DNA from: a virus
Lineage: Duplodnaviria > Caudoviricetes
Virus record (IMG/VR): IMGVR_UViG_3300012662_000008
Location: 32,001-96,000 of that record
Strand: one strand, 5' to 3'
DNA: 64,000 nt
Positions 1 through 11,305 of the stretch are shown piece by piece; positions within the stretch are counted from its first letter, which is position 1; each line of letters begins with the position of its first letter. The notes below the pieces were generated by a model that was not told where the DNA came from, did not search any database, and was given only the letters and a program-made list of their open reading frames with translations. Both the position numbers and the translations under genes were made by a program.

Positions 1-2
1 CC

Positions 3-431
3 AACACTGGAGAAATTTTAGAAGAAACCACTACAATCGTGGCAGAGAGAAAGTACACAAAAGATAATTTTATTTATTTATATCTGAACGATTTATCCGG
101 AATAATGAATATAAAAACGCAGACGGAGTTGCGAGTGTTAGCTTGGTTGTGAAAATTTTCGTCTTACCCAGATGACGGAATGACTGGGAATTGTATAGTT
201 GTAGGAGATTTACTTTTTGATAAAATTGAAAATGATCTCGGAATAAAAAGACAAACGATTAGAAACTGTATTTCAGGGCTGGCAAAATCACAAACAATCA
301 TAAAAGATCCAAAACATAGATCGACATATTATTTGAATCCGAAGTATTTTTATAAGGGGAAAATTAATGAATTACCAAAAACAAGAAAAGTTATTTTGAC
401 CTACACAGAAGACGAGACAACAGAAGAATAA
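3..431 (+). CDS. RepL-like winged-helix protein, 5'-truncated by window edge (TGA=Trp at 150-152)
   Basis: Frame is open from base 3 (NTGEILEETTT...LRVLAWL-TGA-KFSS) into the listed ORF 180..431. C-terminal YYLNPKYFYKG matches the NPxxF(W/Y)KG motif of the two paralogues in this window. Confidence 0.75.
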
Positions 432-434
432 TAT

Positions 435-478
435 ATGGGGGTACGTAGTTTTATGCTACACAGCCCTTATTTTTTTTT
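435..478 (+). terminator. Probable intrinsic terminator after first RepL-like gene
   Basis: Imperfect stem ggggg-tacgtag...ctac-acagccctt followed by a long T run. Confidence 0.45.
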
Positions 479-490
479 CTTTGGAATTTG

Positions 491-599
491 TTTAAGTATA
501 CTTATTAAGTATATATTAAGTATAGTTAGTTGATGAAATGTGCGCAGTATGGTGTAAAATGTGCGCACTAATGTGATAGTATGTGCGCACTCTGCGCAT
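491..599. repeat. AT-rich TTAAGTATA repeats followed by iteron-like ATGTGCGCA repeats
   Basis: ttaagtata x3 ending in tatagttagt, then atgtgcgca at 538, 559, 581 (period 21/22) and a further tgcgca at 593. Confidence 0.7.
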
Positions 600-753
600 A
601 TATTAACACATTACTAAAAAATAATTGTTCATTTATAAAAATATTTTACAAAACTAATAATTAGATAAGAAGAGATTATTGTTAAAAATAGGGTTAATAC
701 ATTATATATTAGTTAGTTACAGAGAAATAGTAGTTTCCTACAGAACAACTTTC

Positions 754-797
754 GGCTACTACAATAGAGATTTCGACTATTGTAGTGGTTATTTTTT
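754..797 (+). terminator. Strong hairpin plus U-tract upstream of the RepL2 promoter
   Basis: gctactacaatag / ctattgtagtggt stem followed by tatttttt. Confidence 0.6.
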
Positions 798-816
798 CAC
801 AAAATTGTGAATTTTA

Positions 817-848
817 TTTGGAAATGTCGGAAATTTTGTTCATATTTG
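817..848 (+). promoter_or_regulatory. Bacteroidetes-type sigma70 promoter (-33 TTTG, -7 CAnnTTTG variant)
   Basis: tttg 817-820, 20-nt spacer, catatttg 841-848, about 40 nt before ATG 888. Confidence 0.55.
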
Positions 849-887
849 TGTGAACAAAAGATGATTAAAATACTTAAAATTAAGAAA

Positions 888-1361
888 ATGAAGAAATTTA
901 TTAACTCTGCAGAAAGAAAAGTTTATGACGAGACAGGGAATGTTAAGGTAGAAACAATTTCTAAAACAATTGTGCATAAGACAGATGAAGATTCTTTTTA
1001 CATGACTTTTACTAATTATATAATGTGAATGTGTCAAGTTAAAAGTGTTGCAACATTAAAGATTTTATATAAATTACTAGAACAGGCAGAATTCAACACA
1101 GGAAATGTAGATATACCAGCTGGTGTGCGCACAGAAATAGAGACAACTCTAGATATATGCAAAAGTCAGTTCACAAAATCAATTACCGAACTAATTAATA
1201 AGAATGTTCTATGACAGAGAACTGTGCTAGACAAAAGCACTGGAGAACTAAAACCATTAAAAGGCTGTTATACAATAAATCCCGAAATGTTCTGAAAAGG
1301 CGATCTTAAAACTAGACGAGATCTGCGAGTTACTTTTGAATCAATACCTACAGATGAATAA
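888..1361 (+). CDS. RepL-like winged-helix protein, 157 aa (three TGA=Trp)
   Basis: Joins ORFs 807..1028 and 1029..1214 through TGA at 1026, 1212 and 1293 to TAA at 1359. Ends YTINPEMF-W-KGDLKTRRDLRVTF. Clear paralogue of 60465..60941 (DEDSFYMTF, AEFNTG, FWKGDL.TRR shared). Confidence 0.85.
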
Positions 1362-1367
1362 AATGAA

Positions 1368-1412
1368 TAAACCCCTACATGACCTTTCGGTTGTGTAGGG
1401 GTTATTTTTTTA
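1368..1412. terminator. Bidirectional terminator between convergent genes
   Basis: aacccctacatgacc-tttc-ggttgtgtaggggtt hairpin with a T-run on + and an A-rich flank. Confidence 0.8.
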
Positions 1413-4400
1413 ATTAAAATAGCTACTAAGTTCACGAGTTGCTCCAAATGTCGTTATAATTGCTTGACTCAATTCGCGATCTCCAGTAAGTACACCGTGC
1501 GCTGTTTTTGCTCACTGCGAAACAGATTGAAATGCTGGAGGAGTAATACCCTGTGCAACACTTCCTAAAACCATGTTAATTGGGCCGTCCTCAGCAAAAC
1601 CAGTCAAAACACCATAAGACCATTGTGTTCACCAATCTTGATCTGCCTTGTTTTCTATAACATCTTCTCCGTACATTACTTTTAATAATGCTAAGAAAAG
1701 CATAAGACCGAGAGTGTCCATCAACCCATTTAATAATTGCCCTCTATCTATAGGATTATTTCATAGTTCTTTAAAGCCATCAATGTCAAGAGTGCACAAC
1801 TTCGTTAAGAAACCCCAAGTAGCTGGAACCATTCCAACAGAGTACGTACCTTCTTTTATTCTAAGCACTCTTGCCCTCCCCTCGGTAATTTCTTGTTCAG
1901 TAACTTCGGATTTTGGTATATATTGTATTGCATCCATTCCTGCTGCAATTTCTTCAGGAGTACTAGCAACTTCTCAGATTTCTTCTCCATTTTCATCAGT
2001 TTCAATATATTCTGTTCATTGGTTCTCGAAACCTTTTGTTTTTAAGTGTTGGTTAAGTATTGCTCCTAAGAAAGATTTATATTGCATCACAGCGCCCCCT
2101 AAAACTTGGTAAGAGAAAAGTGATTTATCTTCCGAGTCAAACTCTCCATATAAGTGGGAGGCTGCATGCCTAATTGCAGCTTTTTCATCTGGTGGATATG
2201 CATCCGGGAAACTATCCCCATATTCTATATCTTTTCCAACCCTTGTTCATTGCGCATAATAATCATCGTATTTATCCTTTTGCTTTTTCCACTCTGTTAT
2301 ATCATCAGCCTCTTCTGCTTTTATCATTGTGCCATCTGGTCTAAAAAGCTTGTTGAAACGAGCATCTTTTTCGATATGATAAACAAATCCACCTTGTACT
2401 TCTTCATAGGCATCATATGCTCCGTCGTGCTTCAATTTTGCAATTGCCACAGCTACCCTAAAATAATCATCTGGTAATTTCGACATAAGAAAGACGTCCT
2501 TGCTTCCTATTTGCCTGAGGCCATAATTTCGTATTTTGGACGTTTCTGCCATTTCTCTTGCAGAGAAACTAGACATTGCAAAACGGCTATTTAAAAATGC
2601 AACAAAATTTTTCGTTGAAAAACTAAGTGGTTTTTCAGACGCAACAATCCCAATTGCAGAGGTAAGTTCATCCAGTGTAACACCTTGTAATAATTGTGTT
2701 CCAGATCTTGTATATGCTCTATATGCACTTGAAAGCATTTCCTTTATTCCGGTGCGCGTATTAAAGCCCAGTGTCACTTTGCTAGTTATGCTTTTCATTG
2801 CAGAGAGGACATCTTTAACAAAATCAAGTGATTGTGCTGTAATTTGCTTTCTAAGTAATTTTGCATCAGTAAAATCCTGTAACCATTCACGTATTTCACG
2901 TACATCTAGCCCGAACTTTGATGCGTACTCCAATCCAGACTTAAACGCAATAAAATAAGGGATAAACTCTTTTGAAGCACGAGAGACGGAATCTGCTGCT
3001 GCTACTTCTAAGAAAATAGTTTGAAGATCGGTTGAAAAAACATTTCCTTCTTTCGATAAAAGTACATCTCGTTCATTCCTGCCGATATTAAACGGGTTGT
3101 ATGCGCCGTTAAGATCATTTGTTTTTCTTTGCCAAGTTCTTTGTTGTTTCCTACCTCCGTATACAACTTCCTCAGCAAGAGGTCTAACAGAGTTTTTAAC
3201 GTTTTTTCACATATTTTTTACAACGGAAACAACTCCGCTTTTTTCGAAAGTATCGCGTACCGCCTGCCCAAACTCAGCTTTCATAAGAGGAACTTCAAAA
3301 TAAGAACCGTCGTTTCTTGCTCGTTCTAGTTGTTCGTCACTATATTTTATCCCTTTCGACTCGTTGAAATACGCAGCAAGATATTCTATAAAATCTTGTG
3401 CACTTTCTCTCTGTTCTTTTGTACGGCCTTTTGTAAAATAACTATCACCAGGATTTTTTAATCGAAATTGTTTTGTAACATTTCCACGGTCGTCCAATTC
3501 AAAAAATTGTCTCCAGAATTTTGTTGGGCTATCTGTTATTTGGTTGAACCCTCATGCTTTAAAAACCCGTTCTGTTATTTTCTGAAAATCTTTCGCAGTT
3601 TGTGTAAAATAATCAGTGTATTTATCACGGCATCGATCAAACAACACACTCACGGCGCGTACATTTGCAGATGCAGATTGATCGTTTGGAGCAATATAAG
3701 TACCATTCGGAATTGCACCTTTACTAACAAATTTTCCAGTATCCGGCTCTACATAAACATGTAATCCAGTAGCAATTGCTAGTCTTGCCTGTCCTAAGTT
3801 ATAATAAACAAGCCCTTCTTTTGTTTCTATATTGAAACAACTATCTTTATAAGTACGCTCCATTTTATCCATAAACTGCGTTATCTTTTCTTCTGTATAA
3901 GCTGCCTCATCTCCATTTGGACGTAATGCACCATCAAAAATATCTAAGTTTTCACTAGCGCATAAGTCCATTGCAGTATTTATATAAGAGTCGGAGTCGG
4001 AGAAAAATCACTCTGGATTTATTGTGCGAAATTTTGCTCCTTTTTCATTTTTGTTTTTTCTATATATAAGATTTCAGTTATCAACAAAAGTTTTATTTGA
4101 ATGTGTGTCACACTCCTTTTGGGTTCACGGATTTATAACACGAACAGAGTTAATTTTGCAGCCGTTTAATATTTCTGGATTTGAAGAAATCAACGCGGCA
4201 ACACGCATAAGAGCAAGATTTCCATTTGATGCATTTAATATATTGAAATTATCCGTTCCTTGTGCGAAATCTTTCATTTTTGCACCGCAGATATTTTGAT
4301 TTCCATTTATCTGATTGACATAAAAAAGGTCTTTGCTTGAAATTGAAACAAACTCCATTTGGTTGGATTTATTGAAAATCAGTATTCCATTTTGGTTAAG

Positions 4401-6029
4401 TTCTTTATTTCTAACAAAATTCCAACCTGTTTTATAATATTTTTCAAAAATATTTTTCAGAAAAACACGTGATGAATCATTGAAATTATGATGTCACTTT
4501 TCTATAATATTATCATCTTCACCATGTGTATCAAAAACTCTTTGGAGATTCTCGGCAAAATAATCCAACTCGTTTGCTCTATATTTTTCCAGATCCGCAA
4601 CATATTTACCGAGTTGTTCATCAAGTTCTTCTGGCGCGCAATTAACTCTACGCGAATCTTGCAATCCATCTCTATAAAAGAAATATCTTTTGCCTTTTTT
4701 ATATAGATCGCTATCTTTATCAGTTATCTCGTGTATAAAATTAGGTTTACTTTTATATTCTTCCACAGATGCCACACGCTGCCTACCAGAGTTACTTTCG
4801 GTGTCAAGACCAGGTGCTATAATTCGCATTATATCGTCTGTATTGACTAGTTTATCAATTTCAATTGGCTTATTTACATTGTACATATATCCAAACGTGT
4901 GCTGAGCGCCGTCTGCAATAACTTGTTGTAGCCCAGGTCTTGATGTTGGGGTATCGTGTTTAATTGAGTTAACTTCTGTTATTTCATATTTATCCCCGAT
5001 TTTATCAATTTTATAATCCATAACAAAACGTTCGATATTCTTATCGCCAACTTCTAGGCCTCATTGTGATAGTATTGCACCATATGAGCCAACCTGATAA
5101 TTCGCCTTATTTTTTGCTGCTGAAGAAAGCCAGCCACGATCTGTGATAACACTATTCCGTTGTTCTCCCCAGTCACCAACAGGTCTTTGAGATGTTTTTC
5201 AATCATATATAATTGCTTTTCCGTCTTTATCAATAACAAGCAAGTCAACATAACCGTTAACATATTCTTTCCCTGGTTCGTCTTTTGCGGCAAGAGCTGT
5301 TCGTACATTATTATCTAGTGGCTTTGACACAATTGGAAACTCTGTTTTAAAAATAGCGTCAGGATGCTTTTTCTTAATAGAATTAGCAAACTCCGTTAGC
5401 ATTTTAAGAGTTTTATTAAAATCATCGCCTCTTAGATATTTACACTTATCTGGGTTGATTTTCAATTCCGGATCGGCAACTTGATCAAAAAGTGTTTGTA
5501 ATATATAATGGACATCTTCTCCAAGTTTTGCAGATAATTTACCTTTTGCAAGTTCTTTTGCTCACATTGATGATACTTCTGCAGAATTTGGATCCAAACT
5601 ATATTCTTTTGCCATTTTCATTCGAAAAGGCTCCTCGCCGCGCTTACTATCCATGCCAGTTATAGCTTCTTTCTGCAAGTCTTTTCTGTTTCCAATTAAC
5701 TCAAGTACTTTTGTTACACCAATTGCAACATTTCCAAAATCAAGACGCTCTGTAGGTTCATCGTCTATAATTTCGGTTTCCTCAACAACTTTCTTTTTGC
5801 CATATTTTCTAACAAGTTTATTTATCTCTCTTTCCATCTCGGAAAGTTTTTGCATTGTTTCTTCCTGTGGAGTTAGCTCCTGAAACATTTTATCTAACTT
5901 ACCTTCTGTTTTTAAGTACCAGCTTTCCAGCGACGGAGCATGATCAGCTAAAAACTGATCAAGCTCCTTATCGCTGTTAACTATAACTGGTCCTGCTTTA
6001 CCAAGTGTTATCTCAATATTGCAATTCAT
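1410..6029 (-). CDS. Giant virion cargo protein, 1539 aa, with RecB-like PD-(D/E)XK nuclease domain
   Basis: ORFs 5562, 5199, 4494, 4125, 3552, 3207 and 2247 share one frame and are separated by TGA; ends TAA at 1410. Motifs GEDVH, FKTEFPI, GYVDLLVID...IIYD-W(TGA)-KTS and YQVGSY. Lies immediately downstream of RNAP, as in crAss-like phages. Confidence 0.85.
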
Positions 6030-9000
6030 TTAACAATTATATATTATTTTTGATTTTTTATCTGCCTTTTCAGCATTATCCATCAATATTTGTTTTATTG
6101 TTTTTAATTTTTGGCTTAGTATAATGTTTGATGTAAGATCGTTTGTATCATTATCAACTAATTTTGAACTAAAAGCGACAATAAAATCACCTATGTGTGT
6201 GTTACCCAACTTTTTAAGATCAATCTCTTCTTTCAAGTCAGTTTCAAAAATTTGATTGATAATATTGATCACTTCAGATTTTATATCAGATGTAAACTTC
6301 TGTGTACCAAAATTCTTTTTAAACTTAGACGAGAAAATAGATGTCATATAATCAATCAAAAGCTCCTCTTTAAAATCCGCAGTATTTCCACCATATGCCG
6401 AAATAAGTTCTTTATAACGACCAATCTGTTTTGTTCTATAGTATTCTACAACTTCATTCATTGTATTATAGTAGAGGTCCTTTACAGCATTGTCTTTATT
6501 AAACTTTAATCCAGCACAGAACAAGTGTAAAATTTCATGCATCGCTGTATCTGGCTTTACGTTATTCATATTTATGTACACTTTTCCGTTATGTATGAAA
6601 CCAGCCGCTCTTTTTGTCTTATAGTAATCGTCCCAATTCTTGAAAGTTATTGCAAACTTACTAGGATCCTCTTGATATTCACCCCACGTGTTTGGTAACA
6701 TTCCGTCTTTCAGAACAATTACATCGGCACTTTCATCACTACCAACTTTCAATCCAAGTTTCGCAGAAAGTGTATTTATAACTTCCTGAGTAACTGTTTT
6801 TGAGTTGTAATAATATTGATGCTCCAGATTATAATTCCCGTCATATGCTGTAGTAGTTCCTCCACCAAGTTTTTGATCTCCTAGTACTGGCATATCGAGA
6901 GTCCAATCACTAGCGTTTGGTATTTTTATATCAATTGGAGTTGTTCCATCTTTCTGCCTACCAAAAGTATCAACAAAAAGCATTCTACTAGATGCGCCAT
7001 TTGCATCTGTTTCTATGGCAACGTTGAACTTTTTAGCCGATTTTGGTATCATAGCAAACCTCTTTAAAAGATCATTTATATTACCCTTAACTTCTCCGAG
7101 ATCAAAATTACCGTCCTGGTCAATTGTGAAAATTGTATCAAGATCGCCAACATTTGCCTGCCTACTATCAAGATTCGCTAAAAAATTCTGGTAGCTGGTT
7201 ATTAACGATTCATCGTTATTAAAAGAAAGTGTTTCAAACAATCTAGTAAAACCTCTGTCAGAAAACGCGTTCTTATAAACAAGCGAGTTATATAAAAAGA
7301 ATGCGTCTTTTATCGTCATTCCTCCGAGTTCTGCAATTTGATCATTTGCTACATTATTAAAATCTTTTAATATCTCAGAATAAGTCTGTGCCATGCTATA
7401 ATCAGAATCCGCAATTGTCGAATTTATCGCCAATTTAAGATGCCCAACTTTTTGGTTGTATGCTCTATTATATTTACTCCAATAAGAAAGATTTCTAAAA
7501 AACGCATGGTTTACCGGAATTTGCTTTCCTTCATCGTCCGTTTCATATAAGTATCGATCTTTTAATTTTGGAATAACATAATTTTCAAAATATCTAACAA
7601 AAGATGCACATCCAGAAAGTGTACTCAGATCAATCTGTCGTAATTCTGATTTATCTTCTATAACATTTCCGTCAGACCCAACTATATCATCAACCTTTGT
7701 TGGCGTAAACTCGTCCCCGTCCCTCTGATATAATTCTTGCCCATTTGGCAATTTAATTTTAATTCCCTGTTTTGTTATTCAGTTTGTTAAAATTAAGTCT
7801 CGAACATATTTATCGAGAGCGTCCCATTCGTCGCTATTAAGCGACCTGGTAGCAGATGCATTATCTTCAAAATAATCGAAGATTTTATTGGAGAGTTCTA
7901 CAGTAAGTTTGTTCCTGAACGAATGCGACAACAACTTATATGCTAGAGAATTTTGATCAAACATTGCCTTAAAATTAGGAACAGTGTCTATAACTTTTAA
8001 TATATTATAAACAGATTTTATCGAATCATATTTCTCACATCATTTTTCTTTGTACGCCTGATCATCCAGAAATTTAATAACATCAAATCTATTGTCACTA
8101 GCTAGTTCTTTTCCAAGCCTTTTATTAACAAACATTTCGACCCTTTTAAGAACTTTCATAAAGTCATATAAGTTTGTTTTAAGACCCTGATTTATTCCAA
8201 GAATTGCGCCCATAATAGTTTGTTCTTCAATTGCCGGACGAACATTATCTGCAAAAATTTGTAATTTTTCTACATTATCAGCATAGTCAGGCATTGTAGA
8301 AAGTTGCTCGTTCTTTGGAACAACGTATTGTTCAATATAGTTATATAGTTTTATAAGTGACTCTCTATCAACTTTATATGCAGAATTGCTATCAAAATCA
8401 TCATTCCTAGACTTTTGATACTCTTGGTCCTCATCATCCATATAAGATTCTTCATCTCCCATATAAGCAGATTCATCATCTTGATTTTGCCATTCATTAT
8501 AGTCCTCATCGTCGTTTCTTCGCAGCTTTTTTGAGTACTCACTATTTATAAGATAGTGTAAATGGTCTAACAAAATTTTGGCAATTTGTGTTGAATTTTC
8601 AATGTTGTTAACATCTCCAAGTAGATCAAACAAACCTTTTCTAACTTCAGAATCTTTCGCAAAAACTCCTTTTTCTTTATTTAAAAACAATTCCTCATTA
8701 ATAACAGGCGGAACTCTTTTGATTGGAGATCCGTTTTTATCTAGAATTAACTCGCCTTTCTTATGCCCATTCTCAGTTGTTTCGTAAGTTTGGTATAATA
8801 GTTTATTAATAAAACAATTGTTATCCTTTATTCCCTTTTTCTGGTAAGCTCCCATAATTAATTTAAGATCTCTTCCCGAAACACCAGGCATAAGACCGCG
8901 CCCTAAAACAAAATCAATAACTTTATTTTTATCATTACCAGAAACTGCATTTGAAAAAATATTATTTTTTGAAAATCTTGAAACAACACTAAAAATAGGA

Positions 9001-10067
9001 GATTGCATAAGATCGGAAATTTCTTCTACCGTATGACCAGTTATCATCATTGCAGCTCAAGCATCTGCAAAATCCGTAGTTGCATTAATTTTACTTAAGA
9101 TAAGTTCCTTTGCATTATCTGTCGCACAAGAAAGTAGCTGCGAAATTCCTTCGGCTGTATCAATCCGATCCTTAACGCTATTTAAGTACTCAATTTTTTG
9201 TGAAATATTACCTGTTGCTTGGTCTAGATTTTTTAATTCCATCTCGGAAAGAGTACTAAAATAATCTAAAAGAGGCTGTAAGTTAATATTTGAAATAGTT
9301 GAAAACTCTCCAGTGTAAGGATCTGTAAAAGTAATATCATTAAAATAACTTATTGCCCTACTTATCGCGTTACGTCTAATTCCAGGATCTGCATTATCAT
9401 TTCATTCTTTAATAGCATCAACAATTTGCTCTACTCGCATATTTGCAAAAGTAGTAACTCCAAAAAACACCTTCATTCCAACGGCGGTAATACCAATAAC
9501 ATCTTTTCCAACCATGTTTTGTGTTTGCATAATAAACTTAGTCATTGGATCATCAGATGTCATCGTGCGTTCCTTCTTAGAAAGAACTGATTTTTTAGCG
9601 ATATTTTGGAATGTGCTCATTGTAATTGGCTGATGACCAAGCGGTTGTATAGATGGGTGCTTTAACAAGTTAATGATATCACTTGTAACAGAGTTTTTAA
9701 GGGCTGTTTCAGAGGTATATCTAGATGTTCTTGAAAGACTGTGCGTGTTAAGCATTCTAATAAACGCATAACGATTATTTTTGTTAACGTTTGTCTGGAA
9801 ATGCACAGCATCGTCTTTGCCTTTTAAGATCTTATTAAACGCTGAAACATCATTAAGTTCAATTGCTTTTTGTACTTCTATTTCAGATAATCCATTATCA
9901 GCATCGTCTCCAGCAATATATTTTAATCCAGTTGGCCTTCTAAGTTTCATAACTTCGTCAAATTCAGCACCATTTCTTGCCTGTTTTGCCAAACTTGAAA
10001 AAGTACGTAATTCGCCTTTGTTATTAATATCGAAACCCATAATGTACAGTTTATCAATATCGTAATC
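6030..10067 (-). CDS. Virion RNA polymerase exon 2 (DYDID catalytic motif; C-terminal zincin HEILH motif)
   Basis: Begins DYDIDKLY. ORFs 9402, 9057, 8040, 7779 and 6030 are in one frame via TGA. DTAMHEILHLF is an HExxH motif. Confidence 0.88.
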
Positions 10068-10345
10068 CGTAATCAACTATTTTTCAATAATTGCCTGACT
10101 ATATCTTCAGCTAAAAGCTGCCTCGCACTTCGCTATAATAGCTACTCTACTTGATTCGTTTGCGCGTCTTTCGATAGTCGATGAGCCTTCTTCCAAAAAA
10201 TGGAAGCTTGGTTGCAGATTGTCCAATATTCAATGTTTTTACCGCCCGTTAATCATTACATTAACTGCTGCACTATGCGTCTCCGCTAGTCGCGGTAATT
10301 GAATCTTTAGGAGTTTCCCGCAGTTCACGAGGTTTTGGGTTCCAA

Positions 10346-11230
10346 TTAACGATATTTTAATTTGTACATCATATCTTTTGTTATATATTTTCTAATGTTA
10401 GAGTCGAATTCAAACCTACTTTCTGGTAAAATACACAAAAGTCATTGTTCTTTACCTGTAACGTTTTTTATTCTAGTTTTTATTTTAAAATTATTTAATA
10501 ATGTATCTTGTAATAATTCAACTTCTTCCTTACTAAAACAATTTGTTGCGAATATTCCAGCCCTACATCCATCGTCCATAAATCAGTAGGCTATACTTTG
10601 TCATGTTAACTTTTCTAACCATTCTTTTGTAATGGTTTTTATTCCGTTTTTATAAAAAACATCATAAAAATAATTATATGTTTCGTGCGCTAAAAATTTG
10701 CATACAAATTTATTATAAAATTTCTTCGTTCTTTTGTCGAATCTCGGAGTTTTCGAAACCGCACCAAGTAATTCAGAAAATTGTTTACAAACGTGATCAA
10801 AATAAAATTCATGACCACTTCCTTGCGAGATAACAAATCTAGCTTTTTTCTTTGTTTTACTTATTGACATATCTCCAAGCATCGATCCATATATTATCTC
10901 CTTTTGATCTTGACTCAAGTTAGCGCATTTTATTGGTTTTTTCCTAACACTGTTTGTGTCCAATCCAATCATTCTTGTATATTTTCTTGTAGTTGTTGGA
11001 CTTATTTTTAAACTACGAGCGATTTCTAAATTTGTAACACCAGACTCAACCATCAAACGAATTTGCTCAATTAGTTGTTTGTCTTCTTTACTTGTTATCT
11101 TTGTTTTGATTTTAAAACCAATCTTATTTGCATAATTTTTAATTGTTCTTGGGCTAACAGAAAAGATTTGAGCAATCTCATCGCACGTTTTTCCCTCTAA
11201 AATAACTGTCTTTAATTTTTCTATATCCAT
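10346..11230 (-). CDS. Intron-encoded LAGLIDADG homing endonuclease with N-terminal HTH repeats, 294 aa
   Basis: IIYGSMLGD and, after TGA readthrough, SIAY-W(TGA)-FMDDG. Two HTH-like EIA..(F/L)..SP.T repeats. TAA at 10346. Confidence 0.85.
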
Positions 11231-11252
11231 ATTATAATTGTTTTATTATTCG

Positions 11253-11284
11253 CAAATATAATAAAATAACTATAATTTTCCAAA
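11253..11284 (-). promoter_or_regulatory. Intron-internal Bacteroidetes-type promoter for the endonuclease
   Basis: TTTG-N20-TATATTTG on the minus strand, 22 nt upstream of ATG 11230. Confidence 0.7.
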
Positions 11285-11305
11285 CTTGGTTGTTATTTTT
11301 TATTT

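Larger units (their letters stand above)
10068..11305 (-). mobile_element. Group I intron (1238 nt) in the RNAP catalytic motif
   Basis: 5' exon ends in U (ggt tct) and the intron ends in G. Core elements P (aactgcgggaa), Q (aatctgcaaccaag), R (tcatcgacta) and S (gaagatatagtc) are present. IGS ggaaccc at 10337-10343 pairs with exon ggguucu with a U.G pair. Splicing restores WLEGS-DYDIDK. Confidence 0.9.

Noticed and set aside
10346-11230. LAGLIDADG ORFs as inteins
   Set aside because: They have their own start and stop codons, lack intein terminal motifs and lie within group I RNA cores
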